Shown here in pieces: positions 1 through 12,072 of a stretch of 32,000 nt of DNA; the first letter of the stretch is position 1, and each line of letters begins with the position of its first letter. The translations under genes and the position numbers were made by a program. A model generated the notes under the pieces. It ran no database searches, was not told the DNA's origin, and worked only from the letters and a program-made list of their open reading frames with translations. The stretch comes from Haloquadratum walsbyi C23 (lineage in GTDB: Archaea; Halobacteriota; Halobacteria; Halobacteriales; Haloferacaceae): assembly GCF_000237865.1 (NCBI RefSeq), contig NC_017459.1, positions 1,830,001-1,862,000 of the forward strand. Direction: 5' to 3'.

Positions 1-1
1 C

Positions 2-169
2 CAAACGCAAATAGAAGCAATCGTCTGGGACCATCTCGAAAAGTCGACTGTCCTCAAACGTCTCGCAGCACAACATGATGCTGGAACAACTATTTCACTC
101 GGTCGCATGACACTTACCCCAGATGGAACAGTTCATAATACATCCCTTGTTACTATTGAAGAACTGTGA
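2..169 (+). CDS. 3' end of a CDS entering from upstream of the window (...VWDHLEKSTVLKRLAAQHDAGTTISLGRMTLTPDGTVHNTSLVTIEEL*), product unknown
   Basis: Frame 2 is open from the window edge to TGA 167-169. The stop overlaps the GTG of the next ORF (GTGA), a typical coupled-gene junction. No recognisable motif. Confidence 0.4.
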   Translation, partial: QTQIEAIVWDHLEKSTVLKRLAAQHDAGTTISLGRMTLTPDGTVHNTSLVTIEEL

Positions 170-939
170 GTACTTCCTTTCCGGATCAATCACCTATCGA
201 AATCGTCATTAATACTACCCTCAAGCAAGCACTCACCATCGATAGACCGGTCGACAAAATGTCATCTGATGATTCTGACAACCCTGCTGACACCGATGAT
301 GTCACTGCCGATGATATAGATATCAATCTACCCAAAGATGCAGCAGTAAAAACGATGAAATCAAATAGTTCCGATAAAGTTGCCAATCGAATAAATACAC
401 ACATTACAGCGGATAAATCGGCGTCTGATACCCAAGAATCAACAATCGTCAGCACCCGACATCATCTTGCTGTCGCCGGAGCACTCATACGAACGATATC
501 GCCAACAACAGATCTGAATCTCACTGAATCCAACGCTCAGACCAGTGTATTCGAAGACGGTGGTTCCCATGACACATCGCCACTATCTATCGAAACAGAC
601 GCTGAAAAAGTACCAATTTCAAACGCGGAGGCTGACACAAATATGAACACGGATCGAACAGCCACCATGTTAGGAGAATCACTCCTCAGCGCACTCTTGA
701 CGAGTACACTGATTGCATATGCGCTTGATTCTTCAATGAATCACGCGACCGACCCATGGAATCCCTCGTCACTTGATTTCTATGGAATGTCTGACCTCTC
801 TCCATCTGATCAGTCATTATTCATTATCACTGGCGCAGTAGCTGCTTGTCGTCGATTCGACGTTGAAGTGAAAACTGTTGCCACACGAGCACAAATTCCA
901 TACGAAACACTCACAAAATATCTTCAGAAGTCTGAGTGA
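166..939 (+). CDS. hypothetical acidic protein (257 aa), Asp/Ser/Thr-rich N-terminal half, C-terminal segment with HTH-like stretch (KTVATRAQIPYETLTKYLQK)
   Basis: Longest ORF in the region and a halophile-like acidic composition. The GTG start overlaps the upstream stop. An alternative ATG lies at 259. No family recognised. Confidence 0.55.
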   Translation: MSTSFPDQSPIEIVINTTLKQALTIDRPVDKMSSDDSDNPADTDDVTADDIDINLPKDAAVKTMKSNSSDKVANRINTHITADKSASDTQESTIVSTRHHLAVAGALIRTISPTTDLNLTESNAQTSVFEDGGSHDTSPLSIETDAEKVPISNAEADTNMNTDRTATMLGESLLSALLTSTLIAYALDSSMNHATDPWNPSSLDFYGMSDLSPSDQSLFIITGAVAACRRFDVEVKTVATRAQIPYETLTKYLQKSE

Positions 940-1077
940 AAATTTGCATGCCCATATTTGCATATTTATAATACTAATACTGGAGTAACGAATTGTCTCC
1001 GGCACAAAGTCTGATTGCCAGGCATATGATTAACACTAGCACTAACACTAATATTCGCCAGATGGTAGGCACTAGTT

Positions 1078-1096
1078 AGAATAAAAGTATGAAAAG
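1078..1096 (-). terminator. oligo-T tracts directly 3' of 5S rRNA (transcript reads ...GCCUUGC UUUUCAUACUUUUAUUC)
   Basis: Two T4 runs on the transcribed (minus) strand immediately after the predicted 5S 3' end. Archaeal terminators are typically oligo-T. Confidence 0.4.
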
Positions 1097-1218
1097 CAAG
1101 GCGGCGATGAAGCGCTCCCAGAGGATCTCTCACTCCAGTACGTGCTCCAACGCTTGCAGACTTAACCACTGTGTTCGGGATGGGTACAGGTGTTTCCCTG
1201 CCGCTCTGGCCGCCTCAA
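1097..1218 (-). rRNA. rrf: 5S ribosomal RNA (~122 nt)
   Basis: Reverse complement reads TTGAGGCGGCCAGAGCGGCAGGGAAACACCTGTACCCATCCCGAACACAG...GTACTGGAGTGAGAGATCCTCTGGGAGCGCTTCATCGCCGCCTTG. This is collinear with haloarchaeal 5S rRNA (CCCATCCCGAACAC core, paired GGCGGC/GCCGCC ends). Confidence 0.93.
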
Positions 1219-1219
1219 A

Positions 1220-1298
1220 TCCGAACTTACGGAATCGAACCGTATTGTATTGTATTATCACTGTGATCACTTTCCTATCCTGATCTATTCTAATCCGA
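1220..1298 (-). ncRNA. tRNA-like element immediately 5' of 5S rRNA (acceptor-like stem + perfect T-arm, no convincing D/anticodon arms)
   Basis: The transcript reads UCGGAUU...UACGG-UUCGAUU-CCGUA-AGUUCGG-A, then U, then the 5S 5' end. The T-stem has 5 perfect bp and a canonical TTCGATT loop. The 7-bp acceptor stem includes 3 G-U pairs. Total length is 79 nt. Confidence 0.55.
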
Positions 1299-1402
1299 TC
1301 TGATCTGGAATGTGCTGTGACATGCCGTGACGTGACTTGAACCATCGCTCGGTTATACCGCGTCTCTCTTACCTGATCTGTTTTGTGTGTCCGTGTCTGT
1401 GT

Positions 1403-1447
1403 CCGTATATACGCGTGTAATCCAGTTTCCGCCTGAACCCGCTCACG
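1403..1447 (-). repeat. 3' arm of the 23S rRNA processing stem (inverted repeat partner of 4737-4783)
   Basis: CCGTATATACGCGTGTAATCCAGTTTCCGCCTGAACCCGCTCAC is the near reverse complement of 4737-4783. The perfect 16-nt core is TACGCGTGTAATCCAG. The two arms bracket the whole 23S gene. Confidence 0.75.
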
Positions 1448-1633
1448 CAGGTTCCAGTGTAGTATAGTGTCAGTGTCAATCAACCCAATCATCTCTCAAT
1501 CCTATACTGTCAGTGTCGTCTCTCACTCGTGTGTGAGACGAACCAACTCGATATGAGTGTTGTCTGACTTTCAGTATACATCTGATATGATACAGTATAT
1601 TGTAGTACAGTATAATATAGTATAATATGATTA

Positions 1634-4553
<2,920 letters not shown>

Positions 4554-4736
4554 TATAGTATATAGTATAAGTATACAGTGTATAGTATAGTCAGTCTCAT
4601 CTCGATGATAAGACAATCTAGTATGTTACAGTATAGTATAGCATAATGCAGTCTTGATGACTGACATTATTATTGTCGTTGTGACGTTATGGTTGTGTTG
4701 AGTTATGTTGTGTTGTTGACGTCCACGATGGAGCCC

Positions 4737-4783
4737 GTGTGAACGGGTTCAGTGGGCGTCTGGATTACACGCGTACATACGGT
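4737..4783 (-). repeat. 5' arm of the 23S rRNA processing stem
   Basis: See 1403-1447. It lies in the tRNA-Ala-23S spacer. Confidence 0.75.
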
Positions 4784-4938
4784 TGTCATGGAACGGTCAG
4801 ATCTAAGTGGTTATTGACGCGTTCATCGAACCCTTCCCATTCGCGCTTTCACGGAATGGTGCATCAGTTCGGAACACCACGACACTTGTGTTGAATGAAA
4901 TTTGGATTCACTCAAATGGTCAGTGTCGATGGCTGAAA

Positions 4939-5010
4939 TGGACCCACTGGGATTCGAACCCAGGGCATCCTCCTTGCAAAGGAGGCACTCTCCCGCTGAG
5001 CTATGGGCCC
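4939..5010 (-). tRNA. tRNA-Ala (anticodon UGC) in the 16S-23S spacer
   Basis: Reverse complement GGGCCCATAGCTCAGCGGGAGAGTGCCTCCTTTGCAAGGAGGATGCCCTGGGTTCGAATCCCAGTGGGTCCA folds as a 72-nt cloverleaf with G3:U70 and anticodon loop TTTGCAA. No CCA is encoded. Confidence 0.95.
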
Positions 5011-5013
5011 TAA

Positions 5014-5052
5014 TTAGCTTTGGTGGTTCTAAGGTGCCTGTCTGTCGTCTAT
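5014..5052 (-). repeat. 3' arm of the 16S rRNA processing stem (partner 7010-7048)
   Basis: TTAGCTTTGGTGGTT (5014-5028) is the exact reverse complement of AACCACCAAAGCTAA (7034-7048). Pairing continues imperfectly (GGTG, CCTGTCTG, TGTCT blocks) for ~38 nt. Confidence 0.75.
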
Positions 5053-5280
5053 GTTTGTGTTGTCTGTTCTGTTGGAATACACGAACAGAGGTACCGACCA
5101 CTCGGACGGTGCTGTGGTATATATCGTGGTGTATCGTTTCGTCTGTAATATGTGATTGTAACTGAGTGTGATGTGAGATTCAATCAGTGTACAATCGGAT
5201 CATAGTCGAATTCGCAGTCGAGATTGCGATCGCGGTTGCGATCGTGGTGGGCTAGATACATCGATCTAGTCCCGTTCGTT

Positions 5281-6752
<1,472 letters not shown>

Positions 6753-7009
6753 GGGATTCCTCGTGACTCAGACGTATGAGTCATGAGGAGGGTGGCGGGA
6801 TTCGTGGTAACGAATCACCGATGTGACAAGGATACGTATCCTATTGTATCGTATCGTATTGTATCATTGTCACGGGGTGAGTGTCAGTCTGAGTCTCATT
6901 AGATGCTGTATTAGCAGAGAATCAGAGTGACGATTACACACGAAACGTCACGTCATGATATATTCTGATAGTTGATCAGATATTTCGCATTGCATGGTCC
7001 GAGTGGTTC

Positions 7010-7048
7010 GGAGACACCAGACAGGTATCACCGAACCACCAAAGCTAA
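7010..7048 (-). repeat. 5' arm of the 16S rRNA processing stem
   Basis: See 5014-5052. It lies ~260-300 nt upstream of the mature 16S 5' end. Confidence 0.75.
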
Positions 7049-7126
7049 CATCAGATTCCGTCTGTACGGCGGACCGCAGGGATGGAATCCTCATCTTCTG
7101 TCCAATCAATCGAAACTGTCGTATAG

Positions 7127-7136
7127 GTATAAACCC
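7127..7136 (-). promoter_or_regulatory. candidate rRNA-operon TATA box (minus strand GGGTTTATAC)
   Basis: TTTATA on the transcribed orientation sits ~80 nt upstream of the 16S processing stem. Sequence only, no TSS data. Confidence 0.3.
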
Positions 7137-7170
7137 GTTGAATCAGTATGATGATTGAGTTGGAAATCGG

Positions 7171-7219
7171 TGAATGCAAACGGATTTGAACCGCTTGCAG
7201 TCATGCGTTCTTCGCATTA
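7171..7219 (-). ncRNA. tRNA-like minihelix (acceptor-like stem + T-arm) in the rRNA operon leader
   Basis: The minus strand reads TAATGCG-AAGAACGCATGACTGCA-AGCGG-TTCAAAT-CCGTT-TGCATTC-A. The T-loop is the canonical GGTTCAAATCC and a 6-7 bp acceptor-like helix is present. There are no D or anticodon arms. Confidence 0.4.
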
Positions 7220-7237
7220 CGATTAATGTGAGGGTTG

Positions 7238-7246
7238 TATATAAGG
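7238..7246 (-). promoter_or_regulatory. candidate upstream rRNA-operon TATA box (minus strand CCTTATATA)
   Basis: The TATA-like element is centred ~22-27 nt upstream of the 5' end of the minihelix at 7219. Confidence 0.25.
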
Positions 7247-7697
7247 TCGTTGATGTGGGGATTAATTGAAACAGTGCTATGAGAGACATACAACGACTGC
7301 TTACGATATATATGCTATATAGTGAAGAAATTGAGTATCAAATCTAAACCAAATGATTATTATCTGATTGATGCGCGCATAGTTGCTTCTTAAGCCATTT
7401 CAATAAAATATCAACGGTGTATGCTTTGTGTTCAGATCACAGTAATGTCTGCACGATAGGTACAGGTCGGGTCGATAATAACGATTGATTAATACAAGCC
7501 GATTCGATTGAGGATACCGACAAAGTGGTCGTAAGGCTAAGTCGGTATATGATACGGGTTTCATATAAATACAACATCTGGATAACTAGAAGATGTTTAT
7601 CCAGGATGATTAATGCTCAAACAGCAGCTATTCGACCGTATTGGTCGAGAGTTATATGACAGAATTTATGACAGATATATTATCTGCGTGTGAATGG

Positions 7698-7720
7698 TTT
7701 ATAATGGGGCTTTATAAGGG
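7698..7720 (+). promoter_or_regulatory. tbp promoter: two TATA-like boxes (GTTTATAAT, CTTTATAAGG)
   Basis: TTTATAA at 7711-7717 lies ~31 nt upstream of the ATG at 7745. That implies a leaderless or very short-leader mRNA, as is common in haloarchaea. Confidence 0.5.
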
Positions 7721-7744
7721 TACGGAGCGTCACTTTGACAACGT

Positions 7745-8305
7745 ATGAGTGCACCCGCAGACTCAATCGAGATTCAGAATGTGGTCGCATCGACTGGGAT
7801 TGGACAGGAACTCGACCTTGAAGCACTCGCTGAGGACCTTCCGGGGGCAGATTTCAATCCTGACAATTTTCCTGGGTTAGTGTATCGGACACAGGAGCCA
7901 AAGGCAGCAGCACTAATTTTTCGCTCAGGAAAAATCGTCTGCACAGGAGCAAAGAGCATCAATGATGTGCATGATGCGCTTGGGATCATCTTCGAGAAGC
8001 TCCGGGGGCTCAGTATTCCTGTTGATGAAGACCCAGAGATAACTGTCCAGAATATTGTCTCAAGTGCAGATCTTGGACACACCCTCAATTTGAATGCACT
8101 GGCAATCGGGCTTGGATTAGAAGATGTTGAATATGAACCTGAGCAGTTTCCTGGACTCGTGTATCGAATGGATCAACCAGAAGTGGTTATTTTGCTATTT
8201 GGATCCGGAAAGATCGTTATTACCGGTGGAAAGCAGACGAATGATGCCGCAGCAGCAGTTGAAGAAATTGTCGAACGAATTGAGGATCTTGGTCTGTTAA
8301 ATTAA
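7745..8305 (+). CDS. tbp: TATA-box binding protein (186 aa)
   Basis: Two direct TBP repeats: IQNVVASTGIGQELDLEALA...FPGLVYR...ALIFRSGKIVCTGAKS and VQNIVSSADLGHTLNLNALA...FPGLVYR...ILLFGSGKIVITGGK. Confidence 0.96.
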   Translation: MSAPADSIEIQNVVASTGIGQELDLEALAEDLPGADFNPDNFPGLVYRTQEPKAAALIFRSGKIVCTGAKSINDVHDALGIIFEKLRGLSIPVDEDPEITVQNIVSSADLGHTLNLNALAIGLGLEDVEYEPEQFPGLVYRMDQPEVVILLFGSGKIVITGGKQTNDAAAAVEEIVERIEDLGLLN

Positions 8306-8514
8306 TCTGAGCGTTATTGTTGTATTATAGTATTACATTGTATATTATTCATACTTGCTCATAGGCTAGTTCCGACTAGGTTCGTATATATTATATACGT
8401 CTGATCCGGGTGTAATCAACCATTGAACATGGAGTCTTGACAGCGATATATGGGTTTTTATTATCCAAGAGGTAATGTCGCAAGTTGTTTTCCTATTGCA
8501 ACGTAATACCAGTA

Positions 8515-10587
8515 ATGGGTAAGAAGTCTAAATCTGATGCGTCTGTGGAATCTGCGGAATCTATAGACACACAGACCGAAACAGCGGTCGAGACGAATGA
8601 TCACCCCCGGTCGAATAAAACCGAAACATCGGATAGACTTTCTACGGATCAGATTTATGATATATTTGAGGCTGCTCGTCGGCCCGTTGTCACCGCTTCA
8701 ACCATTGCACGTTATTTGTCGAGAAATCAAGCAACAATAACAGAGCAATTATCGACGTTAATTGATAGTGGAGTCATTGATAATATTACAGTTGATGACG
8801 ATCCAGTTGTATATTACCCAACATCACTTTCGGAAATGTCGACACGTGAACGCATTGTTGTCTTTCCAGACCGCCGGGAGATTGTAGTTGATAATCCAAC
8901 ACAATATACGCGTGCGCAACTCACTCAGTTCGCGCATCTTGTCGACACCACTGGCGAACGACAACCAGTAGATCAGCATGGACCACAGGTAAGTGAAGAG
9001 ATGGTTGATCAAGATGGCATTAGCATAACTGACCCTGAGAAGACAACAATCGTTGAAGATGAAGACGCAGAGACGGACGCAGACACACGTGCCCCACGAC
9101 AGCCTCAGTCGCGTGGTTATCTCTATCGTGTGCGTCAAGAAGATATCTGGCAAGCACCGTTTGATGATCTCGGAAGTCTCATCTCAGTGATTCGATCAGC
9201 ACTTCCGCGGCGTGTTCCAGGATTAGAATCTTGGATTGAGACGCAGTGGAAGCGAGCGAATCGGTTTCGGCTCTTTACACACGATGATGGGTATGTGGTA
9301 CTTGAAGCCGCGTCAGAAAGTTTGATGGGGAATATCGCAAGACAAAAACTTGATGAAGAGCAACTTATTGCACCAATCTCGGATACACAGAATTGGGTTC
9401 GTGACGGTGCTGAGGCAGCGATTAAACGCACGTTATATGAAGCTGGATATCCTGTAATCGATGAAAGAGAGCTTGAGACTGGAGAACCACTTGCAGTCAC
9501 ACTCGAGGCTGAACTTCGTTCATATCAACAGGATTGGGTTAATAATTTTCTTGACCAGCGTGCGGGTGTTCTTGTTGGACCCTCCGGGTCTGGCAAGACA
9601 GTAACAGCTATTGGTGCACTGGCAGCGATTGGTGGTGAGACGCTCATTCTTGTTCCTTCACGAGAACTTGCCTCGCAGTGGCGTGCAGAGTTAATTCAAC
9701 ACACTGATCTAAACAATGATCAAATTGGGGAGTATCACGGCGGAAAAAAGACAGTACAGTCAGTAACAATTGCGACCTATCAAACGGCTGGAATGGATAG
9801 ACACCGATCATTGTTCGACTCACGTGAGTGGGGGTTAATTATCTATGATGAAGTTCATCATATCCCTGCTGCGGTGTATCGGCGGAGTGCAGACTTGCAG
9901 ACAAAACATCGACTTGGGCTTTCTGCAACACCAGTCCGTGAAGATGATAAGGAAACAGAGATTTTCACACTTGTCGGTCCGCCTATCGGAACTGATTGGT
10001 CAGCACTGTTTGAGGCAGGATATGTACAGGAACCATATGTCGAGATTCAATATGTTCCATGGAAAGATGAACTCTCACAGAATGAGTGGGCAAATGCCGA
10101 TGGTCGTGATCGCCGACGATTAGCCGCAGAAAACCCACAGAAGATAACAACGACAAAGAAATTGCTTGGGATGCATTCTGATGCGAGTGCTCTTGTGTTC
10201 GTTGAATGGCTTGACCACGGAGAGGCACTTGCAGACGCGCTTGACGCTCCATTCGTTAGTGGTGAAATGCCACATTATCGACGAGATCAAGTATTTGAGT
10301 CATTTCGTGACGACGAGATATCAGTACTCGTTATATCACGCGTCGGTGATGAGGGGATTGATCTTCCAAATGCTGAGTTGGCAGTTGTTGCATCAGGTCT
10401 TGGTGGTTCTCGGCGACAAGGTGCCCAGCGTGCAGGTCGGACGATGCGTCCAACAGGAAGTGCACAGGTCTACGTTCTTGCAACTCGGGGTACAACCGAA
10501 GAGGAGTTTGCGCAACGTCAGCTTCGACACTTGGCTGAGAAAGGGATCCGTGTGACAGAGCGTGATGTAGCTGAGGAAGATGTGTGA
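8515..10587 (+). CDS. rad25: XPB/Rad25-family SF2 DNA helicase with long N-terminal extension (690 aa from ATG 8515)
   Basis: Walker A GPSGSGKT, motif II DEVHH, GLSATPVREDDKE (contains the XPB RED motif), and C-terminal helicase motifs SRVGDEGIDLP and QRAGR. ATG 8515 (MGKKSKSD) is preferred over the TTG at 8485 in the ORF track. Confidence 0.9.
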   Translation: MGKKSKSDASVESAESIDTQTETAVETNDHPRSNKTETSDRLSTDQIYDIFEAARRPVVTASTIARYLSRNQATITEQLSTLIDSGVIDNITVDDDPVVYYPTSLSEMSTRERIVVFPDRREIVVDNPTQYTRAQLTQFAHLVDTTGERQPVDQHGPQVSEEMVDQDGISITDPEKTTIVEDEDAETDADTRAPRQPQSRGYLYRVRQEDIWQAPFDDLGSLISVIRSALPRRVPGLESWIETQWKRANRFRLFTHDDGYVVLEAASESLMGNIARQKLDEEQLIAPISDTQNWVRDGAEAAIKRTLYEAGYPVIDERELETGEPLAVTLEAELRSYQQDWVNNFLDQRAGVLVGPSGSGKTVTAIGALAAIGGETLILVPSRELASQWRAELIQHTDLNNDQIGEYHGGKKTVQSVTIATYQTAGMDRHRSLFDSREWGLIIYDEVHHIPAAVYRRSADLQTKHRLGLSATPVREDDKETEIFTLVGPPIGTDWSALFEAGYVQEPYVEIQYVPWKDELSQNEWANADGRDRRRLAAENPQKITTTKKLLGMHSDASALVFVEWLDHGEALADALDAPFVSGEMPHYRRDQVFESFRDDEISVLVISRVGDEGIDLPNAELAVVASGLGGSRRQGAQRAGRTMRPTGSAQVYVLATRGTTEEEFAQRQLRHLAEKGIRVTERDVAEEDV

Positions 10588-10650
10588 TTGAGTCGATGGA
10601 CAATAGTGATGAGTAACGTTTAAATTATTAAACGTCGCTATATATGATAA

Positions 10651-10724
10651 CCGCCCTTAGCTCAGCCTGGTAGAGCAGTCGACTGTAGATCGACTTGCCC
10701 CCCGTTCAAATCGGGGAGGGCGGA
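10651..10724 (+). tRNA. tRNA-Tyr (anticodon GUA)
   Basis: CCGCCCT-TA-GCTC-AGCCTGGTA-GAGC-A-GTCGA-CTGTAGA-TCGAC-TTGCC-CCCCG-TTCAAAT-CGGGG-AGGGCGG-A is a perfect 74-nt cloverleaf. It has the archaeal tRNA-Tyr C1:G72 pair. Confidence 0.94.
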
Positions 10725-10847
10725 CTTCCTCACCAAACGACTCGAAGCCGAGCAGATATATGCACTCGATTCAACCTCATCAAAAAGAATCTACATCTCG
10801 GAAACAGTCCTATGGCACCCGATTAATGCCGGACAGACTACTGCTCA

Positions 10848-11372
10848 TCAATCGGACTTCTCCTCCCTATATAGAGGATGAGATTCACCAACAATACGCT
10901 TGAAGACATACAGTACGCCACCGTGAAACAGAACAAGAATAGTAACACTACCGACAATGATACCAACACGCAAAGGTGTCGAAAGCAGTCCGAGTGAGAT
11001 AATAAGCGTCGTGGCACAAGCGGGTGGGTGAATCGCATCAGTGGCTATCATCGCCCAACTGGTCAGTACGATGGAAACTGTTGCACTTGCAGCCAAGCGA
11101 AAGCCCTCTATAGAGAGGGGAGGTGGTGTCGCAGTAATAGAAATCCCTGTCGCCACTACCGTCCACACTATCAGGCCAGCAATTCCTCCGATAAGGTGAC
11201 TACCGATGACTCGATACGTCTGTGTCCGTTCGCTCCGTCGGTCAAACGCGAGAACAAAGGCGGTTGGGCCAAGGCTTGGGAAGATGAACGGTTGACCACT
11301 TCCCCACGCAATCACGCCGAGTACCGTGAACAATAGCCCAGCATACAGACTCGTTCCAACTCGGCGTCTCAT
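10848..11372 (-). CDS. HPP-family integral membrane protein (174 aa)
   Basis: Four to five hydrophobic segments and the family signature ...ATDAIHPPACATTLI... (HPP motif). Confidence 0.8.
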   Translation of the reverse strand: MRRRVGTSLYAGLLFTVLGVIAWGSGQPFIFPSLGPTAFVLAFDRRSERTQTYRVIGSHLIGGIAGLIVWTVVATGISITATPPPLSIEGFRLAASATVSIVLTSWAMIATDAIHPPACATTLIISLGLLSTPLRVGIIVGSVTILVLFHGGVLYVFKRIVGESHPLYREEKSD

Positions 11373-12037
11373 ATTCGGTCACTCCGAACCTGATTCATGA
11401 GTCTCTCCTGTTTTGTCTGGGCACGTTGCTGCTAATTCAACGAACATCCACCCGATTGTCATAGGTAGTATATGGAGGGATTGAACGAGAGATAGCGTAC
11501 ATGGAAAACACTCCGTGTACCTTGGCTGACAACCAGCGGAATAACACAGGTGGTGGGTGGACGATACCAACACTTTCGAATCCTTTCTCACTCCACGTAC
11601 CTCTCTCCAAACGTCTCGCTGTTGGCTCGACAGACGTTCCGTGTGGTCATCTCTCCATAGGTCTGTCACCGCGTTGCTCATCCCACTTTGGAGTAGGTTG
11701 GCCGCGTATACCGTATCGACCAGAGGCTCGGAAACATTCATCCATCAACTGCTGATCACCTCTGCACCAGTAGTAGAGTTGCTTCACGAAGGACATATCC
11801 CCTCTGATGTAGATTTTCAGCTTTCATCACTATCACGGGCGAAGTACCTGAGACCGTATCTGTGAGCCTGTACGGTTCTCTCAGAAGCGTCGTCTTCGCT
11901 GTGCGAGGTAGAGGTCTACTGCTTTCTGTGGTGCGATGAGTTCGAGATCTTGGGTCATTGGTTGTCATCTCCGCGAGCCCACGCCAGCGGTCGGGGAAGC
12001 CGAGCAGATTGTCCAATGCCGACCTGTTATCGCGCCG

Positions 12038-12072
12038 TATTCCCCTGTTCAAATCGGGGAGAGCGAACTTCC
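12038..12072 (+). repeat. diverged direct copy of the tRNA-Tyr 3' end plus trailer (att-like remnant / tRNA fragment)
   Basis: CCCCTGTTCAAATCGGGGAGAGCGAACTTCCT aligns with CCCCCGTTCAAATCGGGGAGGGCGGACTTCCT at 10700-10731 (29/32 identical, including 7 nt beyond the tRNA 3' end). There is no matching 5' half, so it is not a gene. Confidence 0.75.

Noticed and set aside
940-1096. Possible tRNA (e.g. tRNA-Cys) downstream of 5S rRNA, as in some haloarchaeal operons, and the doubled octamer ATTTGCAT (942-949, 956-963)
   Set aside because: No T-loop or cloverleaf could be built on either strand. The octamer repeat is short, AT-rich and sits between convergent gene ends, so it is probably terminator-region simple sequence.
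8485-8514. TTG start at 8485 for the helicase and GTG start at 25872 for the GH15 gene, as given by the ORF track
   Set aside because: In-frame ATGs lie 10 and 2 codons downstream (8515 MGKKSKSD; 25866 MRLRTALNEYKR). The upstream residues (MFSYCNVIPV / MC) look non-native. This is an unverified preference.
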